Shown piece after piece: positions 37,556 to 48,615 of a DNA stretch of 64,000 nucleotides (the stretch's first letter is position 1; each line of letters starts with the position of its first letter). The stretch is taken from assembly GCF_964204645.1 (NCBI RefSeq), contig NC_134036.1, positions 6,801,304 through 6,865,303 on the forward strand. The letters run 5' to 3'. Made by a program: the position numbers and the translations under genes. This stretch comes from Tubulanus polymorphus. Taxonomy: Eukaryota; Animalia; Nemertea. The notes under the pieces were generated by a model that was not told where the DNA came from, did not search any database, and worked only from the letters and a program-made list of their open reading frames with translations.

Positions 37556-40500
37556 GCCTTGATCAGCGTTACGACCCGGGGCAGTGAGGGAGGGAGGGAG
37601 GCAGTAGGTCGGTCGTCCGTCCGTTCGTCAGTGTGCCGGCGGTGGTAGTTCGAAAAACGACTAAGTGCTGACCGGGCCATGAACAGCGTTACGACCCGGC
37701 ACCGGTCAGGAAGGGAGGAAGGGTGTTAGTAGGTCGGTCGTCCATCCGTTCGTCAGTGTGCCGGCGGTGGTAGTTCGAAAAACGACTAAGTGCTGACCGG
37801 GCCTTGATCAGCGTTACGACCCGGTACAGTGAGGGAGGGAGGGAGGCAGTAGGTCGGTCGTCCGTCCGTTTGTCAGTGTGCCGGCAGTGATGGTTGTTCG
37901 AAAAAATGACTAAGGGCTGACCGGGCCTTGATCAGCGTTACGACCCGGCGCTGGTCAGGGCGGGAGGGAGGGAGGCAGTAGGTCGGTCGTCCATCCGTTC
38001 GTCAGTGTGCCGGCGGTGGTAGTTCGAAAAACGACTAAGTGCTGACCGGGCCTAGATCAGCGTTACGACCCGGTGCAGTGAGGGAGGGAGGGAGGGAGGC
38101 AGTAGGTCGGTCGTCCGTCCGGTCGTCAGTGTGCCGGCGGTGGTTGTTCGAAAAACGACTAAGTGCTGACCGGGCCTTGATCAGCGTTACGACCCGGTGC
38201 AGTGAGGGAGGGAGGGAGGCACTAGGACAGTCGTCCGCCCGTTAGTCAGTGTGCCGGCGGTGGTTGTTCGAAAAACGACTAGGTGCTGACCGGGCCTTGA
38301 TCAGCGTTACGACCCGGTGCAGTGAGGGAGGGAGGGAGGCAGTAGGTCGGTCGTCCATCCGTTCGTCAGTGTGCCGGCGGTGGTAGTTCGAAAAACGACT
38401 AGGTGCTGACCGGGCCTTGATCAGCGTTACGACCCGGTGCAGTGAGGGAGGGAGGGAGGCAGTAGGTCGGTCGTCCGTCCGTTCACCAGTGTGCCGCTGG
38501 TGGTAGTTCGAAAAACGACTAAGTGCTGACCGGGCCTTGATCAGCGTTACGACCCGGTGCAGTGAGGGAGGGAGGCAGGCAGTAGGTCGGTCGTCCGTCC
38601 GTTCGTTAGTGTGCCGGCGGTGGTTGTTCGAAAAACGACTATGTGCTGACCGGGCCTTGATCAGCGTTACGACCCGGTGCAGTTAGGGAGGGAGGGAGGG
38701 AGGCAGTAGGTCCGTCGTCCGCCCGTTAGTCAGTGTGTCGGCGGTTGTTGTTCGAAAAACGACTAAGTGCTGACCGGGCCATGAACAGCGTTACGACCCG
38801 GCACCGGTCAGGAAGGGAGGGAGGGTGGCAGTATGACGGTCGTCCGTTCGTTCGTCAGTGTGCCGGCGGTGGTAGTTCGAAAAACGACTAAGTGCTGACC
38901 GGGCCTTGATCAGCGTTACGACCCGGTGCAGTGAGGGAGGGAGGGAGGGAGGCAGTAGGTCGGTCGTCCATCCGTTCGTCAGTGTGCCGGCGGTGGTAGT
39001 TCGAAAAACGACTAAGTGCTGACCGGGCCTTGATCAGCGTTACGACCCGGTGCAGTGAGGGAGGGAGGGAGGCAGTAGGTCGGTCGTCCGTCCGTTCGTC
39101 AGTGTGCCGGCGGTGGTTGTTCGAAAAACGACTATGTGCTGACCGGGCCTTGATCAGCGTTACGACCCGGTGCAGTTAGGGAGGGAGGGAGGGAGGAACT
39201 AGGACAGTCGTCCGCCCGTTAGTCAGTGTGTCGGCGGTTGTTGTTCGAAAAACGACTAAGTGCTGACCGGGCCATGAACAGCGTTACGACCCGGCACCGG
39301 TCAGGAAGGGAGGGAGGGTGGCAGTAGGTTGGTCGTCCGTCCGTTCGTCAGTGTGCCGGCGGTGGTTGTTCGAAAAACGACTAAGTGCTGACCGGGCCTT
39401 GATCAGCGTTACGACCCGGAGCAGTGAGGGAGGGAGGGAGGTAGTAGGTCGGTCGTCCGTTCGTTCGTCAGTGTGCCGGCGGTGGTTGTTCGAAAAACGA
39501 CTAAGTGCTGACCGGGCCTTGATCAGCGTTACGACCCGGCACCGGTCAGGGAGGGAGGGAGGGAGGCAGTAGGTCGGTCGTCCGTCCGTTCGTCATTGTG
39601 CCGGCGGTGATTGTTCGAAAAACGACTAAGTGCTGACCGGGCCTTAATCAGCGTTACGACCAGGCACCGGTCAGGGAGGGAGGGAGGGAGGCAGTAGGTC
39701 GGTCGTCCATCCGTTCGTCAGTGTGCCGGCGGTGGTAGTTCGAAAAACGACTAAGTGCTGACCGGGCCTAGATCAGCGTTACGACCCGTTGCAGTGAGGG
39801 AGGGAGGGAGGCAGTAGGTCGGTCGTCCGTCCGGTCGTCAGTGTGCCGGCGGTGGTTGTTCGAAAAACGACTAAGTGCTGACCGGGCCTTGATCAGCGTT
39901 ACGACCCGGTGCAGTGAGGGAGGGAGGGAGGCACTAGGACAGTCGTCCGCCCGTTAGTCAGTGTGTCGGCGGTTGTTGTTCGAAAAACGACTAAGTGCTG
40001 ACCGGGCCATGAACAGCGTTACGACCCGGCACCGGTCAGGAAGGGAGGGAGGGTGGCAGTAGGTCGGTCGTCCGTCCGTTCGTCAGTGTGCCGGCGGTGG
40101 TTGTTCGAAAAACGAATAAGTGCTGACCGGGCCTTAATCAGCGTTACGACCCGGCACCGGTCAGGGAGGGAGGGAGGGAGGCAGTAGGTCGGTCGTCCGT
40201 CCGTTCGTCAGTGTGCCGGCGGTGGTTGTTCGAAAAACGACTAAGTGCTGACCGGGCCTTGATCAGCGTTACGACCCGGAGCAGTGAGGGAGGGAGGGAG
40301 GCAGTAGGTCGGTCGTCTGTCCGTTCGCCAGTGTGCCGGCGGTGGTTGTTCGAAAAACGACTAAGTGCTGACCGGGCCTTGATCAGCGTTACGACCCGGA
40401 GCATTGAGGGAGGGAGGGAGGGAGTAGGTCGGTCGTCCGTCCGTTTGTCAGTGTGCCGGCAGTGATGGTTGTTCGAAAAACGACTAAGGGCTGACCGGGC

Positions 40501-43500
40501 CTTAATCAGCGTTACGACCCGGCGCTGGTCAGGGAGGGAGGGAGGGAGGCAGTAGGTCGGTCGTCCGTCCGTTCGTCATTGTGCCGGCGGTGATAGTTCG
40601 AAAAACGACTAAGTGCTGACCGGGCCTTGATCAGCGTTACGACCCGGTGCAGTGAGGGAGGGAGGGAGGGAGGAACTAGGACAGTCGTCCGCCCGTTAGT
40701 CAGTGTGTCGGCGGTTGTTGTTCGAAAAACGACTAAGTGCTGACCGGGCCATGAACAGCGTTACGACCCGGCACCGGTCAGGAAGGGAGGGAGGGTGGCA
40801 GTAGGTCGGTCGTCCGTTCGTTGGTCAGTGTGCCGGCGGTGGTAGTTCGAAAAACGACTAAGTGCTGACCGGGCCTTGATCAGCGTTACGACCCGGAGCA
40901 TTGAGGGAGGGAGGGAGGCAGTAGGTCGGTCGTCCGTCCGTTTGTCAGTGTGCCGGCAGTGATGGTTGTTCGAAAAAATGACTAAGGGCTGACCGGGCCT
41001 TGATCAGCGTTACGACCCGGCGCTGGTCAGGGCGGGAGGGAGGGAGGCAGTAGGTCGGTCGTCCATCCGTTCGTCAGTGTGCCGGCGGTGGTAGTTCGAA
41101 AAACGACTAAGTGCTGACCGGGCCTAGATCAGTGTTACGACCCGGTGCAGTGAGGGAGGGAGGGAGGCAGTAGGTCGGTCGTCCGTCCGGTCGTCAATGT
41201 GCTGGCGGTGGTTGTTCGAAAAACGACTAAGTGCTGACCGGGCCTTGATCAGCGTTACGACCCGGTGCAGTGAGGGAGGGAGGGAGGAACTAGGACAGTC
41301 GTCCGCCCGTTAGTCAGTGTGTCGGCGGTTGTTGTTCGAAAAACGACTAAGTGCTGACCGGGCCATGAACAGCGTTACGACCCGGCACCGGTCAGGAAGG
41401 GAGGGAGGGTGGCAGTAGGTCGGTCGTCCGTTCGTTGGTCAGTGTGCCGGCGGTGGTAGTTCGAAAAACGACTAAGTGCTGACCGGGCCTTGATCAGCGT
41501 TACGACCCGGTGCAGTGAGGGAGGGAGGGAGGCAGTAGGTCGGTCGTCCGTCCGTTCGTCAGTGTGCCGGCGGTGGTAGTTCGAAAAACGACTAAGTGCT
41601 GACCGGGCCATGAACAGCGTTACGACCCGGCACCGGTCAGGAAGGGAGGGAGGGTGGCAGTAGGTCGGTCGTCCATCCGTTCGTCAGTGTGCCGGCGGTG
41701 GTAGTTCGAAAAACGACTACGTGCTGACCGGGCCTTGATCAGCGTTACGACCCGGTACAGTGAGGGAGGGAGGGAGGCAGTAGGTCGGTCGTCCGTCCGT
41801 TCGTCAGTTTGCCGGCGGTGGTTGTTCGAAAAACGACTAAGTGCTGACCGGGTCATGATCAGCGTTACGACCCGGTGCAGTGAGGGAGGGAGGGAGGGAG
41901 GCAGTAGGTCGGTCGTCCATCCGTTCGTCAGTGTGCCGGCGATGGTTGTTCGAAAAACGACTAATTGCTGACCGGGCCTTGATCAGCGTTACGACCCGGT
42001 GCAGTGAGGGAGGGAGGGAGGCACTAGGACAGTCGTCCGCCCGTTAGTCAGTGTGCCGGCGGTGGTTGTTCGAAAAACGACTAAGTGCTGATCGGGCCTT
42101 GATCAGCGTTACGACCCGGCACCGGTCAGGGAGGGAGGGAGGGAGGCAGTAGGTCGGTCGTCCGTCCGTTCGTCACTGTGCCGGCGGTGGTAGTTCGAAA
42201 AACGACTAAGTGCTGACCGGGCCTAGATCAGCGTTACGACCCGGTGCAGTGAGGGAGGGAGGGAGGCAGTAGGTCGGTCGTCCGTCCGGTCGTCAGTGTG
42301 CCGGCGGTGGTTGTTCGAAAAACGACTAAGTGCTGACCGGGCCATGATCAGCGTTACGACCCGGTGCAGTGAGGGTGGGAGGGAGGAACTAGGACAGTCG
42401 TCCGCCCGTTAGTCAGTGTGTCGGCGGTTGTTGTTCGAAAAACGACTAAGTGCTGACCGGGCCATGAACAGCGTTACGACCCGGTGCAGTGAGGGAGGGA
42501 GGGAGGGAGGCAGTAGGTCGGTCGTCCGTCCGTTCGTCACTGTGCCGGCGGTGGTAGTTCGAAAAACGACTAAGTGCTGACCGGGCCTAGATCAGCGTTA
42601 CGACCCGGTGCAGTGAGGGAGGGAGGGAGGCAGTAGGTCGGTCGTCCGTCCGGTCGTCAGTGTGCCGGCGGTGGTTGTTCGAAAAACGACTAAGTGCTGA
42701 CCGGGCCATGATCAGCGTTACGACCCGGTGCAGTGAGGGTGGGAGGGAGGAACTAGGACAGTCGTCCGCCCGTTAGTCAGTGTGTCGGCGGTTGTTGTTC
42801 GAAAAACGACTAAGTGCTGACCGGGCCATGAACAGCGTTACGACCCGGTGCAGTGAGGGAGGGAGGGAGGGAGGCAGTAGGTCGGTCGTCCATCCGTTCG
42901 TCAGTGTGCCGGCGATGGTTGTTCGAAAAACGACTAAGTGCTGACCGGGCCTTGATCAGCGTTACGACCCGGTGCAGTGAGGGAGGGAGGGAGGCACTAG
43001 GACAGTCGTCCGCCCGTTAGTCAGTGTGCCGGCGGTGGTTGTTCGAAAAACGACTAGGTGCTGACCGGGCCTTGATCAGCGATACGACCCGGTGCAGTGA
43101 GGGAGGGAGGGAGGGAGGCAGTAGGTCGGTCGTCCATCCGTTCGTCAGTGTGCCGGCGATGGTTGTTCGAAAAACGACTAAGTGCTGACCGGGCCTTGAT
43201 CAGCGTTACGACCCGGTGCAGTGAGGGAGGGAGGGAGGCACTAGGACAGTCGTCCGCCCGTTAGTCAGTGTGCCGGCGGTGGTTGTTCGAAAAACGACTA
43301 AGTGCTGACCGGGCCTTGATCAGCGTTACGACCCGGCACCGGTCAGGGAGGGAGGGAGGGAGGCAGTAGGTCGGTCGTCCGTCCGTTCGTCACTGTGCCG
43401 GCGGTGGTAGTTCGAAAAACGACTAAGTGCTGACCGGGCCTTGATCAGCGTTACGACCCGGAGCATTGAGGGAGGGAGGGAGGCAGTAGGTCGGTCGTCC

Positions 43501-46500
43501 GTCCGTTTGTCAGTGTGCCGGCAGTGATGGTTGTTCGAAAAAATGACTTAGTGCTGACCGGGCCTTGATCAGCGTTACGACCCGGCACCGGTCAGGGAGG
43601 GAGGGAGGGAGGCAGTAGGTCGGTCGTCCGTCCGTTCGTCACTGTGCCGGCGGTGGTAGTTCGAAAAACGACTAAGTGCTGACCGGGCCTTGATCAGCGT
43701 TACGACCCGGAGCTTTGAGGGAGGGAGGGAGGCAGTAGGTCGGTCGTCCGTCCGTTTGTCAGTGTGCCGGCAGTGATGGTTGTTCGAAAAAATGACTAAG
43801 GGCTGACCGGGCCTTGATCAGCGTTACGACCCGGCGCTGGTCAGGGCGGGAGGGAGGGAGGCAGTAGGTCGGTCGTCCATCCGTTCGTCAGTGTGCCGGC
43901 GGTGATAGTTCGAAAAACGACTAAGTGCTGACCGGGCCTAGATCAGCGTTACGACCCGGTGCAGTGAGGGAGGGAGGGAGGCAGTAGGTCGGTCGTACGT
44001 CCGGTCGTCAGTGTGCCGGCGGTGGTTGTTCGAAAAACGACTAAGTGCTGACCGGGCCATGATCAGCGTTACGACCCGGTGCAGTGAGGGAGGGAGGGAG
44101 GAACTAGGACAGTCGTCCGCCCGTTAGTCAGTGTGTCGGCGGTTGTTGTTCGAAAAACGACTAAGTGCTGACCGGGCCATGAACAGCGTTACGACCCGGC
44201 ACCGGTCAGGAAGAGAGGAAGGGTGTTAGTAGGTCGGTCGTCCATCCGTTCGTCAGTGTGCCGGCGGTGGTAGTTCGAAAAACGACTAAGTGCTGACCGG
44301 GCCTTGATCAGCGTTACGACCCGGTACAGTGAGGGAGGGAGGGAGGCAGTAGGTCGGTCGTCCGTCCGTTCGTCAGTGTGCCGGCGGTGGTTGTTCGAAA
44401 AACGACTAAGTGCTGACCGGGTCATGATCAGCGTTACGACCCGGTGCAGTGAGGGAGGGAGGGAGGGAGGCAGTAGGTCGGTCGTCCATCCGTTCGTCAG
44501 TGTGCCGGCGGTGGTTGTTCGAAAAACGACTAAGTGCTGACCGGGCCTTGATCAGCGTTACGACCCGGTGCAGTGAGGGAGGGAGGGAGGGAGGCAGTAG
44601 GTCGGTCGTCCATCCGTTCGTCAGTGTGCCGGCGGTGGTTGTTCGAAAAACGACTAAGTGCTGACCGGGCCATGAACAGCGTTACGACCCGGCACCGGTC
44701 AGGAAGGGAGGGAGGGTGGCAGTAGGTCGGTCGTCCGTTCGTTCGTCAGTGTGCCGGCGGTGGTTGTTCGAAAAACGACTAAGTGCTGACCGGGCCATGA
44801 ACAGCGTTACGACCCGGCACCGGTCAGGAAGGGAGGGAGGGTGGCAGTAGGTCGGTCGTCCGTTCGTTGGTCAGTGTGCCGGCGGTGGTAGTTCGAAAAA
44901 CGACTAAGTGCTGACCGGGCCATGAACAGCGTTACGACCCGGCACCGGTCAGGAAGGGAGGGAGGGTGGCAGTAGGTCGGTCGTCCATCCGTTCGTCAGT
45001 GTGCCGGCGGTGGTAGTTCGAAAAACGACTAAGTGCTGACCGGGCCTTTATCAGCGTTACGACCCGGTACAGTGAGGGAGGGAGGGAGGCAGTAGGTCGG
45101 TCGTCCGTCCGTTCGTCAGTGTGCCGGCGGTGGTTGTTCGAAAAACGACTAAGTGCTGACCGGGTCATGATCAGCGTTACGACCCGGTGCAGTGAGGGAG
45201 GGAGGGAGGGAGGCAGTAGGTCGGTCGTCCATCCGTTCGTCAGTGTGCCGGCGATGGTTGTTCGAAAAACGACTAAGTGCTGACCGGGCCTTGATCAGCG
45301 TTACGACCCGGTGCAGTGAGGGAGGGAGGGAGGCACTAGGACAGTCGTCCGCCCGTTAGTCAGTGTGCCGGCGGTGGTTGTTCGAAAAACGACTAAGTGC
45401 TGACCGGGCCTTGATCAGCGTTACGACCCGGCACCGGTCAGGGAGGGAGGGAGGGAGGCAGTAGGTCGGTCGTCCGTCCGTTCGTCACTGTGCCGGCGGT
45501 GGTAGTTCGAAAAACGACTAAGTGCTGACCGGGCCTTGATCAGCGTTACGACCCGGCGCTGGTCAGGGCGGGAGGGAGGGAGGCAGTAGGTCGGTCGTCC
45601 ATCCGTTCGTCAGTGTGCCGGCGGTGGTAGTTCGAAAAACGACTAAGTGCTGACCGGGTCATGATCAGCGTTACGACCCGGCACCGGTCAGGGAGGGAGG
45701 GAGGGAGGCAGTAGGTCGGTCGTCCGTCCGTTCGTCAGTGTGCCGGCGGTGGTTGTTCGAAAAACGACTAAGTGCTGACCGGGCCTTGATCAGCGTTACG
45801 ACCCGGAGCAGTGAGGGAGGGAGGGAGGCAGTAGGTCGGTCGTCTGTCCGTTCGCCAGTGTGCCGGCGGTGGTTGTTCGAAAAACGACTAAGTGCTGACC
45901 GGGCCTTGATCAGCGTTACGACCCGGAGCATTGAGGGAGGGAGGGAGGGAGTAGGTCGGTCGTCCGTCCGTTTGTCAGTGTGCCGGCAGTGATGGTTGTT
46001 CGAAAAACGACTAAGGGCTGACCGGGCCTTAATCAGCGTTACGACCCGGCGCTGGTCAGGGAGGGAGGGAGGGAGGCAGTAGGTCGGTCGTCCGTCCGTT
46101 CGTCATTGTGCCGGCGGTGATAGTTCGAAAAACGACTAAGTGCTGACCGGGCCTTGATCAGCGTTACGACCCGGTGCAGTGAGGGAGGGAGGGAGGGAGG
46201 AACTAGGACAGTCGTCCGCCCGTTAGTCAGTGTGTCGGCGGTTGTTGTTCGAAAAACGACTAAGTGCTGACCGGGCCATGAACAGCGTTACGACCCGGCA
46301 CCGGTCAGGAAGGGAGGGAGGGTGGCAGTAGGTCGGTCGTCCGTTCGTTGGTCAGTGTGCCGGCGGTGGTAGTTCGAAAAACGACTAAGTGCTGACCGGG
46401 CCTTGATCAGCGTTACGACCCGGAGCATTGAGGGAGGGAGGGAGGCAGTAGGTCGGTCGTCCGTCCGTTTGTCAGTGTGCCGGCAGTGATGGTTGTTCGA

Positions 46501-48148
46501 AAAAATGACTAAGGGCTGACCGGGCCTTGATCAGCGTTACGACCCGGCGCTGGTCAGGGCGGGAGGGAGGGAGGCAGTAGGTCGGTCGTCCATCCGTTCG
46601 TCAGTGTGCCGGCGGTGGTAGTTCGAAAAACGACTAAGTGCTGACCGGGCCTTGATCAGCGTTACGACCCGGTGCAGTGAGGGAGGGAGGGAGGGAGGCA
46701 GTAGGTCGGTCGTCCGTCCGTTCGTCAGTTTGCCGGCGGTGGTTGTTCGAAAAACGACTAAGTGCTGACCGGGTCATGATCAGCGTTACGACCCGGTGCA
46801 GTGAGGGAGGGAGGGAGGGAGGCAGTAGGTCGGTCGTCCATCCGTTCGTCAGTGTGCCGGCGATGGTTGTTCGAAAAACGACTAATTGCTGACCGGGCCT
46901 TGATCAGCGTTACGACCCGGTGCAGTGAGGGAGGGAGGGAGGCACTAGGACAGTCGTCCGCCCGTTAGTCAGTGTGCCGGCGGTGGTTGTTCGAAAAACG
47001 ACTAAGTGCTGACCGGGCCTTGATCAGCGTTACGACCCGGCACCGGTCAGGGAGGGAGGGAGGGAGGCAGTAGGTCGGTCGTCCGTCCGTTCGTCACTGT
47101 GCCGGCGGTGGTAGTTCGAAAAACGACTAAGTGCTAACCGGGCCTAGATCAGCGTTACGACCCGGTGCAGTGAGGGAGGGAGGGAGGCAGTAGGTCGGTC
47201 GTCCGTCCGGTCGTCAGTGTGCCGGCGGTGGTTGTTCGAAAAACGACTAAGTGCTGACCGGGCCATGATCAGCGTTACGACCCGGTGCAGTGAGGGTGGG
47301 AGGGAGGAACTAGGACAGTCGTCCGCCCGTTAGTCAGTGTGTCGGCGGTTGTTGTTCGAAAAACGACTAAGTGCTGACCGGGCCATGAACAGCGTTACGA
47401 CCCGGTGCAGTGAGGGAGGGAGGGAGGGAGGCAGTAGGTCGGTCGTCCATCCGTTCGTCAGTGTGCCGGCGGTGGTTGTTCGAAAAACGACTAAGTGCTG
47501 ACCGGGCCTTGATCAGCGTTACGACCCGGTGCAGTGAGGGAGGGAGGGAGGGAGGCAGTAGGTCGGTCGTCCATCCGTTCGTCAGTGTGCCGGCGGTGGT
47601 TGTTCGAAAAACGACTAAGTGCTGACCGGGCCATGAACAGCGTTACGACCCGGCACCGGTCAGGAAGGGAGAGAGGGTGGCAGTAGGTCGGTCGTCCGTT
47701 CGTTCGTCAGTGTGCCGGCGGTGGTTGTTCGAAAAACGACTAAGTGCTGACCGGGCCATGAACAGCGTTACGACCCGGCACCGGTCAGGAAGGGAGGGAG
47801 GGTGGCAGTAGGTCGGTCGTCCGTTCGTTGGTCAGTGTGCCGGCGGTGGTAGTTCGAAAAACGACTAAGTGCTGACCGGGCCTTGATCAGCGTTACGACC
47901 CGGTGCAGTGAGGGAGGGAGGGAGGCAGTAGGTCGGTCGTCCGTCCGTTCGTCAGTGTGCCGGCGGTGGTTGTTCGAAAAACGACTAAGTGCTGACCGGG
48001 CCATGAACAGCGTTACGACCCGGCACCGGTCAGGAAGGGAGGGAGGGTGGCAGTAGGTCGGTCGTCCGTTCGTTGGTCAGTGTGCCGGCGGTGGTAGTTC
48101 GAAAAACGACTAAGTGCTGACCGGGCCATGAACAGCGTTACGACCCGG

Positions 48149-48592
48149 TGATCGATTGCCTCTAAGATGTCTTCTCTCCAAAAATCAAACTAACGACCAG
48201 GCAATCTCATAGGATCTACTGCTGACAACTGTCCTGGTGGCTGCCAAAAATTGAACTCCCTCTCTCCACTTGTTCCCCAACTTAACTAGTATCTCCCTCT
48301 ACCAAGTTTCAACCACGTGATCTCTCCCTACCAAATTTAGTGTGGTTTCTACAGAATCTGCAGCCTCCATCAACCACTCTCCGCCTAGAAATATATTCCC
48401 AACCACCAACACTACATACCAAGTTTCTGAATCATGTTTTCTGAACTATTCCCTTAGACTAAGGTATTTCTTGTTTGCTTCGTTAAACCCAACTGTTCCC
48501 ATTAAATCATTATTTTTTCCCAGACGTTACTAATATTTATTTCATTATTTGGTTAACCCTAGTCAACTATCATTAACCCTAGTCAACTATCA
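48149..48592 (-). repeat. Candidate 3' LTR (~444 bp)
   Basis: On the minus strand it starts TGATAGTTG immediately after a G-rich PPT and ends ...CAATCGATCA at the satellite junction. This gives TG...CA termini with an imperfect inverted repeat (TGATAG-TTG vs TGATCGATTG). No second LTR is present to confirm the distal boundary. Confidence 0.6.
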
Positions 48593-48615
48593 TCCCCCCA
48601 GGCTTAATTTTTTTT
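48593..48615 (-). promoter_or_regulatory. Polypurine tract (plus-strand primer site)
   Basis: Minus strand reads AAAAAAAATTAAGCCTGGGGGGA directly followed by TG, a typical Gypsy PPT/LTR junction. It lies downstream of env. Confidence 0.7.

Larger units (their letters stand above)
1..48148 (+). repeat. Tandem satellite DNA array, ~120-125 bp monomer, GC/CpG-rich, about 390 copies, open at the left edge of the window
   Basis: Consensus GGCAGTAGGTCGGTCGTCCGTCCGTTCGTCAGTGTGCCGGCGGTGGTTGTTCGAAAAACGACTAAGTGCTGACCGGGCCTTGATCAGCGTTACGACCCGGTGCAGTGAGGGAGGGAGGGA (120 bp, 74 G+C) repeats head-to-tail in one orientation. Length variants come mainly from GGGA copy number and a few small indels. The last monomer ends ...GTTACGACCCGG at 48148. 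Confidence 0.99.

Noticed and set aside
236-48004. Over a hundred 60-140 aa ORFs on both strands in the satellite
   Set aside because: They are translations of a GC-rich 120-bp (multiple of 3) repeat. They begin and end with monomer indels and show no domain or coding signal.
1-48148. CRISPR-like appearance (constant segment plus variable segment)
   Set aside because: The variable parts are homologous alleles of one sequence, not unique spacers. There are no cas genes and the context is eukaryotic.
1-48148. CENP-B box in the monomer (TTCG....A..CGGG)
   Set aside because: TTCGAAAAACG is followed by ACTA, not CGGG, at the required spacing, and I found no match on the other strand.
1-48148. 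tRNA/SINE-type Pol III promoter or hammerhead ribozyme in the monomer (GTTCGAA, CTGA, GAAA)
   Set aside because: GTTCGAAAA lacks the conserved B-box C and T-arm closure, there is no cloverleaf, and the hammerhead CTGANGA core is absent (CTGACCG).
48232-48250. Possible primer-binding site (TTTTTGGCAGCCACCAGG on the minus strand)
   Set aside because: It lies inside the candidate 3' LTR rather than after a 5' LTR, and I cannot match it convincingly to a tRNA 3' end.
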